A DNA stretch of 64,000 bases from an uncultured SAR86 cluster bacterium. GTDB lineage: Bacteria; Pseudomonadota; Gammaproteobacteria; Magnimaribacterales; AG-339-G14. The stretch spans positions 11,527-75,526 of the forward strand of contig CABZAV010000003.1 in NCBI GenBank assembly GCA_902523885.1, given 5' to 3'. The translations under genes and the position numbers were made by a program. Position 1 is the stretch's first letter. The number at the start of each line of letters is the position of its first letter. Of this stretch, positions 23,314 to 35,122 are shown piece by piece. The notes beneath the pieces are model-generated. The model had not been told where the DNA came from. It ran no database searches and saw only the letters and a program-made list of their open reading frames with translations.

Positions 23314-24134
23314 TGCCCGAGCTCCCCGAAGTAGAAACAACTTTGAGAGGAATATCTAATGGAATTCTTCATAAAAAAATTAAATCTTTCGACTGCCGAG
23401 ATAGGAGCTTAAGATGGCTTATTCCCAAGGACATGAGTTCTTTTTTAAAAAATGAAAATTTTGAAAGCGCTTATCGAAGGGGAAAATATATTATTCTTAA
23501 TTTGGCAAATAAAAAAGGCTCTGTATTAATTCATCTTGGAATGTCAGGAAAATTAAGAATTTCTCCTAATTTAAAACAACCGGTTAAACATGAACATTGG
23601 GACATCAATTTTGCTGATGGCTGGACTTTAAGATATACGGACATAAGAAAATTTGGAGCTTTACTAAAAACAAGACAAGATCCTGCAAATCATGTGTTGA
23701 TCAAAAATTTAGGCCCTGAACCTCTAGGGAATGGATTCAGTGGTGAATATTTATTTAAAAAATCTAGAAAAAGAACTTTACCAATTAAGAACTTCATAAT
23801 GGATTCTAAAATTGTGGTCGGGGTAGGAAATATATACGCGAACGAAGCCTTATTTATGGCTGGAATAAGGCCAACTAGAAAATCTGGTTCGATAAGTAGA
23901 GCCAAGTATGATCTGCTCAGTCGCTCAATTGTAATGACTTTAAAAGAAGCAATTGAAGTTGGAGGAACAACACTTAAGGACTACACAAATGTTGAAGAGG
24001 CTCCTGGTTATTTTAAAAAAGAATTGAAAGTTTACGATCGAGCTGGAGAACCCTGTTTAACATGTGGCAAAGCTCTTAAGGAAATTAGACAATCAAATAG
24101 ACAAACCGTTTATTGCACAAATTGTCAGAGTTAA
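23313..24134 (+). CDS. mutM: Formamidopyrimidine-DNA glycosylase
   Basis: Has the 'MPELPEVET' N-terminus and the C-terminal zinc finger 'CLTCG...YCTNCQ'. Confidence 0.95.
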   Translation: MPELPEVETTLRGISNGILHKKIKSFDCRDRSLRWLIPKDMSSFLKNENFESAYRRGKYIILNLANKKGSVLIHLGMSGKLRISPNLKQPVKHEHWDINFADGWTLRYTDIRKFGALLKTRQDPANHVLIKNLGPEPLGNGFSGEYLFKKSRKRTLPIKNFIMDSKIVVGVGNIYANEALFMAGIRPTRKSGSISRAKYDLLSRSIVMTLKEAIEVGGTTLKDYTNVEEAPGYFKKELKVYDRAGEPCLTCGKALKEIRQSNRQTVYCTNCQS

Positions 24135-24610
24135 CCATATTTTCTCTTTAACTCCGATAGTGAAATAGGATCAACAAACTCAGAAACATCCCCGCCCATC
24201 TTGCAAATTTCTTTTACTAAGGAAGAAGAAATATAGCTGTACTGCTCTTTAGGAGTTAAAAACACACTTTCTAATTCTGGCATCATAGCTCTATTCATAT
24301 TGGCTAATTGAAATTCATACTCAAAATCAGCAACGACTCTTAATCCGCGAATTAAAATTTTTGCATCATTATCTTTTGCTAGATCTACTAATAATCCAGA
24401 AAAACCGACTACTTTAACTTTGTCATTGCTTTCAAAAATCTTTTCGGCAATTTGAATTCTTTCATCTAAGGTGAAAAGCGGATTTTTTGCTTCGCTAGCT
24501 GCTATAGCAATAACTATTTCGTCAAAAAGTTTACACGCTCTTTCAATGAGATCTACGTGTCCCTTTGTCATTGGATCAAAAGTGCCAGGATAAATTGCTC
24601 TCTGAGTCAT
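24131..24610 (-). CDS. coaD: Pantetheine-phosphate adenylyltransferase
   Basis: Carries '[21 protein letters not shown]'. 159 aa. Confidence 0.95.
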   Translation of the reverse strand: MTQRAIYPGTFDPMTKGHVDLIERACKLFDEIVIAIAASEAKNPLFTLDERIQIAEKIFESNDKVKVVGFSGLLVDLAKDNDAKILIRGLRVVADFEYEFQLANMNRAMMPELESVFLTPKEQYSYISSSLVKEICKMGGDVSEFVDPISLSELKRKYG

Positions 24611-24692
24611 ACAAACATTATATTCTAAAAATACAGCCTAAAGTTTAGAAACCTATCTATAATTAATATCTAAAATAAAAGAATTTTTTAAA

Positions 24693-24914
24693 ATGGATGT
24701 TTGCCTCTATGAGCTTCTAAGCGAAACTAATCGACCAGAAATTGTCTACGCAAGCTCTTTAAAGGAAATAGAAAAATACGCTAAAGAAAATAACTTGGAA
24801 GTTGGCGAAGAAATTAAATCTTACTCTCCAGCAATGTTATTGAAATACTACAAATGGGTGGGATCAGGAAATAACCCTTGTGTAGTTTCCAGACCATGGA
24901 AATATGATAAATAA
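24693..24914 (+). CDS. Hypothetical protein (73 aa)
   Basis: It is the only sizeable ORF in this gap. I recognise no family. Confidence 0.3.
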   Translation: MDVCLYELLSETNRPEIVYASSLKEIEKYAKENNLEVGEEIKSYSPAMLLKYYKWVGSGNNPCVVSRPWKYDK

Positions 24915-25796
24915 TTAAACTCTTACTCTTAATTTATTTATTTGCTTCTTATTTGCTGACGAAACAGTAAATTTTATTTTTTCCAATTTAATCGATTCAT
25001 TTACAACTGGGAACTTTCCAAATTTATTCATGACATAGCCCGCAATGGTATCGAAATCTGTATCTTCAAAAGTAGTGTTAAATTTTTCATTAAATTCTTC
25101 TATTTCGGTTAAACCGGAAACACTATATTCATGACTTGAGATTTGAGTGATTTTTTGATCATCTGCTTGATCGGTCTCGTCTTCTATTTCGCCCACAATT
25201 TCTTCTAAAACATCTTCAATTGTCACTAAGCCACTCACCTCACCAAATTCATCCACTACCAAGGCCATATGACTTCTATTTGACTTAAATTCTTCTAAAA
25301 GAATATTTATTTTTTTACTTTCTGGTATGTGTTTTACTGGTCTGATAATTTTAGTTAATTCAAATTCCTGACTATCAAACTCATCTTTTATAAGTCCAGG
25401 AGCAAATTTTAAGAGATCTTTCGCAAGTAAAATGCCAACTATGCTATTTTTGGCTTCGTCTAAAACTGGAAATCTTGAATGAGAAGATTCAACGACTTTT
25501 TTTAACAAAATGTCTAAAGAGTCATTGTCATTTATTAAAATCATTTGAGATCTTGGCACCATTACGTCCCTGACAGGAATGGAAGAGAACTCAATTGTTT
25601 CCTCAATCATACCCAAGATACCTTTATCAATGACATTGTTTTCTTCTGCATCTCTAAGTACAGAAGTAAGTTCTTCTTGGTCCAAAGGTTTATAGGAAAG
25701 CTTAATATAAAGCTCCCTAAAATAATTTTTGATTTTTTTTACTAAGCCCAACTTTATTTCAGATTGAGCCTCTGTACTTGGAGGTTCTTCTCTCAT
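24915..25796 (-). CDS. corC: CBS-pair / CorC-HlyC domain magnesium-cobalt efflux protein
   Basis: CBS-pair region 'VRDVMVPRSQM...' plus the C-terminal transporter-associated domain. It occupies the canonical position after ybeZ-ybeY. Confidence 0.85.
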   Translation of the reverse strand: MREEPPSTEAQSEIKLGLVKKIKNYFRELYIKLSYKPLDQEELTSVLRDAEENNVIDKGILGMIEETIEFSSIPVRDVMVPRSQMILINDNDSLDILLKKVVESSHSRFPVLDEAKNSIVGILLAKDLLKFAPGLIKDEFDSQEFELTKIIRPVKHIPESKKINILLEEFKSNRSHMALVVDEFGEVSGLVTIEDVLEEIVGEIEDETDQADDQKITQISSHEYSVSGLTEIEEFNEKFNTTFEDTDFDTIAGYVMNKFGKFPVVNESIKLEKIKFTVSSANKKQINKLRVRV

Positions 25797-25799
25797 TTA

Positions 25800-26261
25800 C
25801 TAATAAGGTTCTCCCGCTGATATGATATCCATTATATTTTTTTCGATATTTTCCATTTTTATTCTTTCATGCTTTGCTTCATGATTAAAGTTCAAAAGAT
25901 GTAAAAAGCCGTGAATTATCATATGTTTTAGTCTATTTTCAAAGTCTTTTGAATATTCTCTGGCCTCTTTTTTGATAATTTCGATACATAAAACTATATC
26001 GCCAATTAAAAGGTTCTTTGTTAGTAGTTCATCAACGCCAAATGATAAAACATTGGTCACTTCATCTTTTCCTCTATATTTTTTATTGAGAAGTTTGATT
26101 TCTTTCTTTGAAACACAAGAAATACTCAACTCTTTGTCTGTAAATTCTTCTTGTTTAAAGCCTGCCTCTTCAATTGTCTTATTCAAAATAGTTGCTACTT
26201 GATTTTTAGTGATTGATGAAGGTGAATTTTCAAAACTATTAAGAAATATTTTCATCGCCAA
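25800..26261 (-). CDS. ybeY: rRNA maturation endoribonuclease YbeY
   Basis: Has the zinc motif 'HGFLHLLNFNH'. 153 aa. Confidence 0.9.
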   Translation of the reverse strand: MAMKIFLNSFENSPSSITKNQVATILNKTIEEAGFKQEEFTDKELSISCVSKKEIKLLNKKYRGKDEVTNVLSFGVDELLTKNLLIGDIVLCIEIIKKEAREYSKDFENRLKHMIIHGFLHLLNFNHEAKHERIKMENIEKNIMDIISAGEPY

Positions 26262-27226
26262 GAATTTTTTTCATAAGCTTCGATAATCTTTTGAACTAGG
26301 CCATGTCTTACAACATCTTCTGGATGAAAGTAAAAAAATGAAATTCCTTTTTCCTTTTCCAAAACCTTAATTGCGTCGGATAAACCTGATGTGGAGCCTT
26401 TTGGGAGATCAGTTTGCGTAATATCTCCTGTTACTACTGCTGTTGAACCGAATCCTATTCTGGTAAGAAACATTTTCATTTGAGCGGGTGTACAATTTTG
26501 TGCTTCATCAAGGATTAAGAAAGCGTCATTCAGAGTTCGGCCTCTCATATAGGCTAGCGGTGCCACTTCAATTTTTCCGTTTTCTACCAATCGGTTCACT
26601 TTTTCCATACCCATCATCTCGTAAAGAGCATCGTATAAAGGTCGCAAATAAGGATCGATTTTTTCAGAAAGATCTCCAGGTAAAAAGCCTAGATGTTCTC
26701 CTGCTTCAACTGCTGGTCTAGTTAAAATTATTTTGTTTACTTTGTCCTCCATAAATTGATTTACAGCTGCTGCAACAGCTAAATAAGTTTTCCCAGTACC
26801 TGCAGGACCGATTCCAAATGCGATATCTTTTTCATAAATGGAGGAAAGAAATTCTACTTGTGACTTATTTCTAGGAGAAACGTAAAGTTTGGGAGTCTGA
26901 ATAGTTAAATCTTTTTCTTTTTTTAATTCAAAAATTTGTCCACTGTTATCTTTAGTAACTCCATTTAATGCCCGTCTGATGGAAAAGTGTACTTCATCAG
27001 CACTCACCGAATCTCTAGATTTGGCTAACGTAGCTAAATCTTCAATTATTAATCTACTTTTTATGACGTTATTTTTTTCTCCTGAAATAGAAAAGCTATT
27101 TCCTCTACTTTTAATTTTTACTTCGAGAGATTGTTCAATTTGATTTAGATTTGTGTTTACTGGTCCACAAAGTAAAGAAAGGTTTTCAGATTCTATGGCG
27201 GGAAGTTTAAATTTTAGTTTTGGCAT
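26252..27226 (-). CDS. ybeZ: PhoH-like ATPase
   Basis: Carries '[13 protein letters not shown]' and 'ILDEAQN'. It sits in the miaB-ybeZ-ybeY-corC order. Confidence 0.9.
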   Translation of the reverse strand: MPKLKFKLPAIESENLSLLCGPVNTNLNQIEQSLEVKIKSRGNSFSISGEKNNVIKSRLIIEDLATLAKSRDSVSADEVHFSIRRALNGVTKDNSGQIFELKKEKDLTIQTPKLYVSPRNKSQVEFLSSIYEKDIAFGIGPAGTGKTYLAVAAAVNQFMEDKVNKIILTRPAVEAGEHLGFLPGDLSEKIDPYLRPLYDALYEMMGMEKVNRLVENGKIEVAPLAYMRGRTLNDAFLILDEAQNCTPAQMKMFLTRIGFGSTAVVTGDITQTDLPKGSTSGLSDAIKVLEKEKGISFFYFHPEDVVRHGLVQKIIEAYEKNSWR

Positions 27227-28554
27227 AAATTAGTTTCAGTTTTTATCTTACCTCTCAAACAGTTGGTTAATTGATCGACTATTTCAATATCTACGAATTC
27301 TCCTATCAATTTAGCACTTGAAGGGAAGTTCACAACTCTATTATTTTCAGTTCTTGCTTGCAATTCGCCAGGATTTTTTTTAGAAATTCCGGTTACTAGA
27401 CATCTTTCTATTGTGCCAACCATTTTTCTACCGATATTAAATGCATGATGATTGAGTCGGTTTTGTAAGATTGCTAACCTTTCTTTTTTTTCTTCTGGAC
27501 TAACGTTATCCTCCATCTGAGCTGCAGGCGTATTTGGCCTTGGGCTATAAATAAAACTAAATGATTCATCGTATTTAATTTCATCTATAACAGATAAAGT
27601 ATCTTCAAAATCCCGCTGAGATTCATTCGGAAAGCCTACGATGAAATCAGAAGATAAACTTATATTGGGTCTATTTTTTTTCAATCTAGAAACTAAATCT
27701 AGATACTTTTCAACAGTATATCTTCGTCTCATTAACTTAAGAATTCGATCCGAGCCACTTTGAATTGGCAAATGCACATGACTTACTAATTCTGGCAGGT
27801 GTGCATAAAGTTCTACCAAATCGTTACGAAACTCAAATGGGTGGCTCGTGGTATATCTTATTCGGTCAATACCATCGATTTTTGCTGTTCTTTCAATCAA
27901 AAAGGCTAGGGATTTTTTTTCTCCGCCCTCTATGCCTTTGTAGTTGTTTACATTTTGACCTAGCAGATTGATCTCTCTTACTCCTTGATCAGCTAGGTTT
28001 TTAATTTCTTCGATAATATCTTGAACCGGCCTACTTACTTCATGACCCCTTGTATGAGGCACCACACAAAAGGAGCAGTATTTATTACAGCCTTCCGCTA
28101 TAGAAACAAAAGCAGTTGGTTCATCTGTTTTTGTATCAGGAAGATGGTCAAATTTTTCTATTTTTGGAAATGATATATCTATTTGATTTTTTTCTTCCTT
28201 CACTGCATTTCTGTACATGTTGGGAAGTCTATGCAAGGTTTGAGGCCCAAACACTATATCGACGGCAGGTGCTCTCTTAGTAATTTGTTGACCTTCTTGA
28301 CTAGCCACACAACCTCCAATGGCAATTTTCAAATCAGGATTTTTCTCTTTTAATTTTTTCCATCTGCCTACTTGGTGAAATACTCTTTCTTGAGCTTTTT
28401 CTCTTATCGAACAAGTGTTTAATACCAGAAGATCTGCTTCGTCTTGATTTGTGGTTTGAATAAATTTTTCTTCCAAAGACAACATATTCAGCATTTTTTC
28501 TGAATCATATTCGTTCATTTGACAGCCATGTGTCTTGATAAAAACTTTTTTCAT
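27214..28554 (-). CDS. miaB: tRNA-2-methylthio-N6-dimethylallyladenosine synthase
   Basis: Carries '[12 protein letters not shown]' and the radical-SAM motif '[13 protein letters not shown]', with a TRAM C-terminus. Confidence 0.95.
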   Translation of the reverse strand: MKKVFIKTHGCQMNEYDSEKMLNMLSLEEKFIQTTNQDEADLLVLNTCSIREKAQERVFHQVGRWKKLKEKNPDLKIAIGGCVASQEGQQITKRAPAVDIVFGPQTLHRLPNMYRNAVKEEKNQIDISFPKIEKFDHLPDTKTDEPTAFVSIAEGCNKYCSFCVVPHTRGHEVSRPVQDIIEEIKNLADQGVREINLLGQNVNNYKGIEGGEKKSLAFLIERTAKIDGIDRIRYTTSHPFEFRNDLVELYAHLPELVSHVHLPIQSGSDRILKLMRRRYTVEKYLDLVSRLKKNRPNISLSSDFIVGFPNESQRDFEDTLSVIDEIKYDESFSFIYSPRPNTPAAQMEDNVSPEEKKERLAILQNRLNHHAFNIGRKMVGTIERCLVTGISKKNPGELQARTENNRVVNFPSSAKLIGEFVDIEIVDQLTNCLRGKIKTETNLCQN

Positions 28555-28596
28555 TTTCTAAATTTAGAGAGCGGAATTATAAAGAATATCCAGATA

Positions 28597-29142
28597 TTAG
28601 CTAGATTGAGCAAAGATTGTATCCCTATAAAATCTCAATTCGTTGATGGATTCATAAACATCAGCTTCGGCCCTGTGAACAGCATTTTTCTGAGCATGTT
28701 GAATATTTATATCAGGCCTCCATCTTTTTGTTAATTCTTTAACCGAGCTAACATCTATACAACGATAATGAAAATAGTCTTCAAGCTCTGGCATGTAGAG
28801 ACTTAGAAATTTTCTATCGTGCCAGACAGTATTTCCACATAGTGGTGATTCATTTTTGCCGACGTGTTGCTTTATGAACTCTAAAGTTCTTTGCTCGGCC
28901 TCTTGTTCAGAGATCTTGCTTGCCAAAACTTCATCAATCAGGCCTGAAGCTAAGTGATGTTCTTGATTCCACTCGTCCATTCCATCTATCAATTCTTTTG
29001 ATTGAGAAATAACCATTCCTGGGCCCTCAATTATTTCGGTGAGATCTTCGTTAGTTATGCAAGTGTAAATCTCAATGATTCTTTCTGCATTCGGATCTAA
29101 GCCCGTCATTTCTAAATCTAGCCAGATTAATTTTTTTTCCAT
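28597..29142 (-). CDS. orn: Oligoribonuclease
   Basis: Carries 'LIWLDLEMTGLDP' and 'HRAEADV' (DEDDh). 181 aa. Confidence 0.95.
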   Translation of the reverse strand: MEKKLIWLDLEMTGLDPNAERIIEIYTCITNEDLTEIIEGPGMVISQSKELIDGMDEWNQEHHLASGLIDEVLASKISEQEAEQRTLEFIKQHVGKNESPLCGNTVWHDRKFLSLYMPELEDYFHYRCIDVSSVKELTKRWRPDINIQHAQKNAVHRAEADVYESINELRFYRDTIFAQSS

Positions 29143-29179
29143 GTGTTTACTTTACAATACTACTATCTAAAAAAATATT

Positions 29180-29932
29180 ATGAACGACAAAAGTGAAAAA
29201 GAAGCCGATTTTGGTTATAAAAAGGTTAATCCTAATGAAAAACCTGACTTGGTGAAAGGAGTTTTTGATTCCGTCGCAAGTAAATACGATCTGATGAATG
29301 ACTTAATGTCTGTCGGAATCCATAGACTCTGGAAGAAAGCTACTGTTCAAATGAGTAATCTCAAAGCAAACGGCTCAGTATTAGATGTTGCCGGTGGCAC
29401 AGGTGATTTAGCTATTTTATTTTCAGAAATAGTTGGAAACCAAGGAGAAGTTTTTCTCACTGACATAAATGAAAAAATGTTAGAAATAGGTCGTGATCGA
29501 GTTTTAGATTCGGGCCTCTTGAATGTCAAAAGTCTAGTTGCCGATGCCGAAGACTTGCCTTTCCCCGATAATTCTTTTGATTGTATATCAATTGCTTTTG
29601 GGATCAGGAATGTGACTAACAAAGACAAAGCCCTTGAAGAATTTCATAGATGCTTAAAGCCAAAGGGAAGGTTGTTGGTCTTGGAGTTTTCCAAACCTGA
29701 ATCCAATTTATTATCTGATTTATACGATCTTTATTCATTTAATGTCTTGCCCCATTTGGGCCAATGGATTGCAGGAGATGCTGATAGTTACGAGTATTTA
29801 GCTGAATCTATTCGCATGCACCCAAACCAAGAAGAATTTTTAAAACTCATGAATGTGGCAGGATTTCAAAACGCCGAATATCAAAATATGACCGGTGGCA
29901 TTGTAGCTCTTCATTATGGGGATAAATCCTAG
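29180..29932 (+). CDS. ubiE: Ubiquinone/menaquinone C-methyltransferase
   Basis: Carries 'FGYKKV', '[19 protein letters not shown]' and the SAM motif '[12 protein letters not shown]'. Confidence 0.95.
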   Translation: MNDKSEKEADFGYKKVNPNEKPDLVKGVFDSVASKYDLMNDLMSVGIHRLWKKATVQMSNLKANGSVLDVAGGTGDLAILFSEIVGNQGEVFLTDINEKMLEIGRDRVLDSGLLNVKSLVADAEDLPFPDNSFDCISIAFGIRNVTNKDKALEEFHRCLKPKGRLLVLEFSKPESNLLSDLYDLYSFNVLPHLGQWIAGDADSYEYLAESIRMHPNQEEFLKLMNVAGFQNAEYQNMTGGIVALHYGDKS

Positions 29933-31477
29933 ATGCCTTTCCTCAAGCTTGCCAGAATAATTTTTATCTTTTTAAGATTTCGTTTGAATGAGATATTTCC
30001 CAAAGAAATCTTGCCATTTTGGCTAAAAATAGTTTTTTTCTTATCGCCTTTCAACTTGATTCCAACCAATAAAAAACTTGGTATCAGATTAGCAGAGGCT
30101 TTGGAGATAGCTGGTCCAATTTTTGTGAAATTTGGACAACTTCTCTCAACTAGGCCTGATTTTCTTGATGAAGATGTGATTCAAGAACTGCAAAAATTTC
30201 AAAATAATCTGAAACCATTTCCCTCTGAAGAAGCTATAAAAATAATAGAAAAAGATTTGGGTCACCCAATCAATGAGTTATTTGCACAATTTAACGAGTC
30301 TCCTTTAGCAGCTGCTTCGATTGCACAAGTGCATGAGGCAACTTTAAAGAGTGGCGAAAATGTTGTTGTAAAAGTTGTTAGACCAAATTTGGATAAAAAA
30401 ATTAAAGACGATGTATCCATCTTAAAAATAATTGGGAAAGTCGCTAACACCTTTGATGCCGATGCCAGAAGACTTCAGCTGTTAGAAATGATTCGTGAAT
30501 ACGAATACGTAATCACCTCAGAGGTTGATTTAAAAAAAGAAGCAGGAAATACCATTCAAACTGCAAAATTTTTTGAAGATTCGAATCTGCTTTATGTACC
30601 AAAAGTCTATCTTGAGTATTCAAGCAACAAAACTTTGACTTTGGAAAAAATTGAAGGAATTCCTGTCACCGATCTTAAAGTTTTAGAAGATAAAAAAGTG
30701 GATCTGAAAAAATTATCTGAACGAGGAGTGAGTATATTTTTCAAACAACTCTTTGATGATAATTTTTTTCATGCTGATATGCATCCAGGTAATATTTTTG
30801 TTAGTGCTGAAAATCCAGATGAGCCTACATATGTAGCAGTCGATTATGCTATCTGCGGCAGTTTGTCAGAAAAAGAACAACTGCTAATAGGAAAAATGTT
30901 AGCTGATATGTTCAGTCGAAATTATTCGGGCGTCGCCAAAACAATGATCGATGCTGGCTGGGTATCAAACTCGACTAAACCCATAGAATTGGAAGTCACA
31001 ATCCGTACAGCCATTGATCCAATTTTTGAAAAACCGTTCAGTGAAATCAATTTTGGAGAAATGCTTCTTTTCTTGTTCGAAGAAACCAGAGCTTATGAGC
31101 TTTCCCTACCGGCCTCGCTTTTATTGCTTCATAAAACATTAATTAATATTGAAGGTTTGGGCCGTCAAATTTATCCCGATTTAGATTTGTGGACTACGGC
31201 AAAGCCATTCATACAAAATTGGATTTCAAAGCGGTACAACCCTAAAAATATAATGGAACAGCTAAAAAATAATACTGGTGATTTTGCTGAGAAGGCTTAC
31301 GAATTGCCAGATAAACTTGAATCAATTTTCAACAATCTTGCGAATTTAGATGAATTTAATGATGAAATTAAGAGTCTAAGAAGGGACATGTCTAAACAAA
31401 AACAAAACTCAAGATTTTTGTTTATTTCATCAACTGCAGCAATTATCGTTATAATTTCTACAATAATTTTTTTATGA
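29933..31477 (+). CDS. ubiB: Ubiquinone biosynthesis protein kinase-like UbiB
   Basis: Carries 'GPIFVKFGQLLSTRPD', 'AAASIAQVH' and 'HADMHPGNIF', with C-terminal TM helices. Confidence 0.9.
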   Translation: MPFLKLARIIFIFLRFRLNEIFPKEILPFWLKIVFFLSPFNLIPTNKKLGIRLAEALEIAGPIFVKFGQLLSTRPDFLDEDVIQELQKFQNNLKPFPSEEAIKIIEKDLGHPINELFAQFNESPLAAASIAQVHEATLKSGENVVVKVVRPNLDKKIKDDVSILKIIGKVANTFDADARRLQLLEMIREYEYVITSEVDLKKEAGNTIQTAKFFEDSNLLYVPKVYLEYSSNKTLTLEKIEGIPVTDLKVLEDKKVDLKKLSERGVSIFFKQLFDDNFFHADMHPGNIFVSAENPDEPTYVAVDYAICGSLSEKEQLLIGKMLADMFSRNYSGVAKTMIDAGWVSNSTKPIELEVTIRTAIDPIFEKPFSEINFGEMLLFLFEETRAYELSLPASLLLLHKTLINIEGLGRQIYPDLDLWTTAKPFIQNWISKRYNPKNIMEQLKNNTGDFAEKAYELPDKLESIFNNLANLDEFNDEIKSLRRDMSKQKQNSRFLFISSTAAIIVIISTIIFL

Positions 31478-31803
31478 GCGAAAAAAAAGATATTCTTGAA
31501 AGACTCAGCAGCCTACTAATTGAAAGGAAAAATTATGCTGAAGACAACTCATACACAAATCAGTTGTATAGTGCAGGAAATGTCAAGATTCTTAAAAAGA
31601 TCGAAGAAGAAGCATCTGAATTAATAGAAGCAGGTTCTGAAGAAAGAGTAATAAAGAAAGAAATTGTTCACGAAGCGGCCGATCTCTGGTTTCACACCAT
31701 GGTATTATTAGCTTTTAACGAAATTAATCCTTTGGAAATATTAAACGAATTGGAACGCAGAGAAGGAGTTTCAGGCATAGAAGAAAAGTCTAGGAGGTCT
31801 TAA
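31474..31803 (+). CDS. hisE: Phosphoribosyl-ATP pyrophosphatase
   Basis: 109 aa with 'SYTNQLY..G..KI.KK..EEA.E' and 'EAADLWFH'. hisI is not adjacent. Confidence 0.85.
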   Translation: MSEKKDILERLSSLLIERKNYAEDNSYTNQLYSAGNVKILKKIEEEASELIEAGSEERVIKKEIVHEAADLWFHTMVLLAFNEINPLEILNELERREGVSGIEEKSRRS

Positions 31804-32033
31804 TGGGATTTGGCGGAATAAGTATTTGGCAATTATTGATAATTCTAGCGATTATCATTTTAATTTTTGGCACCAAAAGGCTCAGAAATATGGGTGGAGA
31901 TTTAGGTTCAGCCTTCAAAGGCTTCAAGAAAGCAGTCAATGACGATTCAGAAAAATCGTCTCCTTCATCTGCAGTTGATGATGCAGCCGAAGTAATGTCA
32001 GAAACAGCCAAAAAAGAAGAGGAAGACTCTTAA
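31803..32033 (+). CDS. tatA: Twin-arginine translocase subunit TatA
   Basis: The sequence '[44 protein letters not shown]' gives a TM helix plus an amphipathic helix. Confidence 0.9.
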   Translation: MGFGGISIWQLLIILAIIILIFGTKRLRNMGGDLGSAFKGFKKAVNDDSEKSSPSSAVDDAAEVMSETAKKEEEDS

Positions 32034-32045
32034 CTTAAAGTTTCA

Positions 32046-32240
32046 ATGTTTGGTATTGGGTTTTTCGAACTTCTACTAATTTGTGTAATTTCTTTATTAA
32101 TTTTAGGGCCAACCAGACTGCCTCAATTCATCACAATGGTTGAAGAGCTTTTTATAAAAAGTCGCAATGGGATAAATCGTCTCAAGCAAGAATTTTACTC
32201 CGAGGGTTTCGAGAAGCGGGAAAAAGAAAAAGATGAGTGA
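32046..32240 (+). CDS. tatB: Twin-arginine translocase subunit TatB (short, 64 aa)
   Basis: Carries 'MFGIGFFELLLICVISLLILGPTRLP' and sits between tatA and tatC. It is much shorter than enterobacterial TatB. Confidence 0.7.
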   Translation: MFGIGFFELLLICVISLLILGPTRLPQFITMVEELFIKSRNGINRLKQEFYSEGFEKREKEKDE

Positions 32241-32943
32241 GAACAGCTCCATGTTGGAACAATTGGGATTGCTTCGTAATTTACTTCTAAGGGTTCTAGG
32301 TGTAACGATCTTGATCTTTATTTGTTTAGCCTTCTTTCAAGATTCAATTTATTTATCTATTTCTGAACCTTTAATACGTTTTCTTCCAGATAACTCTTCT
32401 ATGATTGCAACTGAAGTTACCTCGCCCTTTTTAACGCCATTAAAATTGACTTTTTATATGGCTATCTTCGTTGCAATACCATATCTAATGTTTGAACTTT
32501 GGAGATTTGTTACTCCTGGCCTCTTTAAATCTGAAAAAATTTATACCATTGGTTTAACTGGCTTGAGTACTCTCTTATTTTACCTTGGAACTTTTTTCGC
32601 TTTTTATGCGGTCTTTCCTTTAATTTTTTCTTTTTTCATTAACGCTGCTCCCGAGGGGGTAGCAGTTATGACCGATATTTCTAGTTATCTAAACTTTGTA
32701 ATCAAACTTTTAGTAGCTTTTGGTCTGGCTTTTCAAATGCCGATCGTAATATTTACCTTGGTAAAAAGTGAAATCACCTCAGTAGCTACTCTTTCAAATG
32801 CAAGACCATATGTAGTTATTGGTTGTTTTGTAGTTGGGATGCTTTTAACTCCGCCAGATATAATTTCGCAAACGCTTTTAGCTATTCCAACATGGATTTT
32901 ATTTGAACTAGGTTTGTTTGGAGCGAAGTTAATTAAAAAATAA
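32233..32943 (+). CDS. tatC: Twin-arginine translocase subunit TatC
   Basis: Six-TM pattern with 'PFLTPLKL' and 'LLTPPDIISQ'. Confidence 0.9.
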   Translation: MSENSSMLEQLGLLRNLLLRVLGVTILIFICLAFFQDSIYLSISEPLIRFLPDNSSMIATEVTSPFLTPLKLTFYMAIFVAIPYLMFELWRFVTPGLFKSEKIYTIGLTGLSTLLFYLGTFFAFYAVFPLIFSFFINAAPEGVAVMTDISSYLNFVIKLLVAFGLAFQMPIVIFTLVKSEITSVATLSNARPYVVIGCFVVGMLLTPPDIISQTLLAIPTWILFELGLFGAKLIKK

Positions 32944-32945
32944 AT

Positions 32946-33956
32946 TTAATTTTCTAACTCCTTTTGCCATTCACCTTTGCTAGCGAGTCGGTTCATTGAA
33001 GCTCGGTGACTGAAAGCCTTTTGAGCTGCCTCTTTATTATCGCTTTGTCCCATCCAAGCTTTTAAAGCAGGTTGTTGCAAAGCTCTTCCATAAGAAAAAC
33101 TCAAAGGCCAAGGCAATCCACCGATTTTATTCATCGCATCTAAATGCTCTGTGGCCAAAAGATCTGATTGCCCGCCAGATAGAAAAGCAATTCCTGCCAA
33201 CTCAGAAGGAACATTTTCTTTTAATACCTTAAGAGTTAATTCAGCAACTTCTTGCACGCCCGCTTGCACAGGAGCTTCGGTTCCAGAGACAACCATGTTG
33301 GGTTTTAAAATCGTACTTCTAATATTTACTCCATTTGCTGCCAACATTGAAAAAAGTGTTTTTAAACAGTTGGCAGTAATGTCAAAACAGTTTTGAGCTG
33401 AATGTTCGCCATCCATTAGTACTTCAGGTTCAACCATAGGAACCATCTTGTTGTCTTGAACAATTTTTGCATAATCTGCTAATGCCTTCATATTTGCATC
33501 AATACATTCTTGAGTAGGAATGCCCTCACCAATTTTTATCACCGCGCGCCACTTGGTAAATTTTGCGCCTAACGAGAAATATTCAGCACATCTTTCGTCA
33601 AGATCCTCAAGACCGCCTGTTAAAACTTCATCTGAGTCGTTGAAAGGACTAATACCTTTGTCTACCTTGATACCCGGTAAAGCTCCGGTTGAATTTATTA
33701 AATCTTTGAGTAGTGTGCCATCTGCAGCACTTTGTCGAAGCGTCTCGTCAAATAATATAACGCCACCAATATTATCCTGCATGCCTTCCGCTCTGAATAA
33801 CAATTCTCGATAGTCTCTTCTTGAGTCTTCAGTTGATTCTGTATTTATCGCATCGAATCTTTTACCAATTGTCCCTGTGCTCTCATCTGCAGCTAAAAAT
33901 CCTTTTCCGTCTGATACCAAATAAGCTGCTATTTCTTCTAATGATGACAATGACAT
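32946..33956 (-). CDS. fba: Fructose-bisphosphate aldolase, class I
   Basis: Carries 'GKGFLAADES.GT', 'LKPNMV' (Schiff-base Lys context) and 'FLSGGQS'. It lies downstream of pgk. Confidence 0.9.
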   Translation of the reverse strand: MSLSSLEEIAAYLVSDGKGFLAADESTGTIGKRFDAINTESTEDSRRDYRELLFRAEGMQDNIGGVILFDETLRQSAADGTLLKDLINSTGALPGIKVDKGISPFNDSDEVLTGGLEDLDERCAEYFSLGAKFTKWRAVIKIGEGIPTQECIDANMKALADYAKIVQDNKMVPMVEPEVLMDGEHSAQNCFDITANCLKTLFSMLAANGVNIRSTILKPNMVVSGTEAPVQAGVQEVAELTLKVLKENVPSELAGIAFLSGGQSDLLATEHLDAMNKIGGLPWPLSFSYGRALQQPALKAWMGQSDNKEAAQKAFSHRASMNRLASKGEWQKELEN

Positions 33957-33958
33957 AT

Positions 33959-35122
33959 CTAATTCCCCAATTTCTTATTTTTTATCACTTCTATACAAGG
34001 TAATGTACCTAATTCTATATATTCTAGAAAGGCTCCTCCAGCCGTAGATGCGTAATCAACGCAATCCATCATATTTAAATTTGAAAAGGAAGCCAAAGTC
34101 TCACCGCCGCCAATGATGCTATAGCCTTTTGATTCAGAAATTTTAACGGCTATTCCTGCTGTGCCTTGAGCAAACCTTTCCTCTTCGAAATATCCCATAG
34201 GTCCGTTCCAGATTATCGTTTTTGCAGAATTTATGTATTTAGAAAAATCCTCAATTGAAGTTTGGCCAACATCAAAAATTATGTCATCGTCGTCAACCAG
34301 ATCAACGTGTTTTTCTTCTAAATCTGAATCTCTGCCTTTAGTAACGACAACATGTGAAGGCAATAGTATTTTTTTATTTTTTATAATTGTCTTTGCAAGC
34401 TCGATGAAATCTTTTTCGTACAAAGACTTGCCAATATTTTTTCCTAATGCTTTAAGGCAAGTATTAGCTAAAGCACCACCAATAATTAAATGATCAACAT
34501 GCTTCGTCAAAGACTCTAACACCTTCATTTTAGTTGATATTTTTGAACCACCAATTATTCCTAAAAGAGGCTTTTCAGGAGAATCTATTATCCTTTTTAA
34601 AGCTTGTAATTCTTCTTCTACTAAAAAACCTACACATGCTTCTTTTATGAAACTTGTTACGCCATAAGTTGAGGCTTGTTTACGATGCGCTGTACCAAAA
34701 GCATCCATGACAAACACATCGGCTGTATCTGCCAAGGCCTTGGAGAGTTTTTCTTCGTTTTGTTTCTCGCCTTTATAAAACCTTATATTTTCTAGCATAG
34801 AAATGTTATCCAAAGACTTTAATTCTTTTATTGAGTTCACAAGTTTTACTTCTTTTTGTAACAATTCGCCAAGTTTTTTTGCCACAGGCTTCAGTGAAAA
34901 CTTATCTTGCACAAGACCTGTTTCTTCTGGCCTGCCAAGATGAGAAATGATTTTTAAAGATCTTGCTTTTTTCGCAAGAAATTTAATAGTGGGTAACGCT
35001 CTTACGAGTCTTTCGTCGTCTAAGAGTTCATTTCCTTTCAAAGGAACGTTGAAATCAACTCGCAATAAGACGCTTTTATTGGTTAAGTCTAAAGAGCTGA
35101 CAGAGTTTTCAATTTGACTCAT
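33959..35122 (-). CDS. pgk: Phosphoglycerate kinase
   Basis: Carries '[10 protein letters not shown]', 'SHLGRP', 'GGSKISTK' and 'STAGGAFLE'. Confidence 0.95.
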   Translation of the reverse strand: MSQIENSVSSLDLTNKSVLLRVDFNVPLKGNELLDDERLVRALPTIKFLAKKARSLKIISHLGRPEETGLVQDKFSLKPVAKKLGELLQKEVKLVNSIKELKSLDNISMLENIRFYKGEKQNEEKLSKALADTADVFVMDAFGTAHRKQASTYGVTSFIKEACVGFLVEEELQALKRIIDSPEKPLLGIIGGSKISTKMKVLESLTKHVDHLIIGGALANTCLKALGKNIGKSLYEKDFIELAKTIIKNKKILLPSHVVVTKGRDSDLEEKHVDLVDDDDIIFDVGQTSIEDFSKYINSAKTIIWNGPMGYFEEERFAQGTAGIAVKISESKGYSIIGGGETLASFSNLNMMDCVDYASTAGGAFLEYIELGTLPCIEVIKNKKLGN

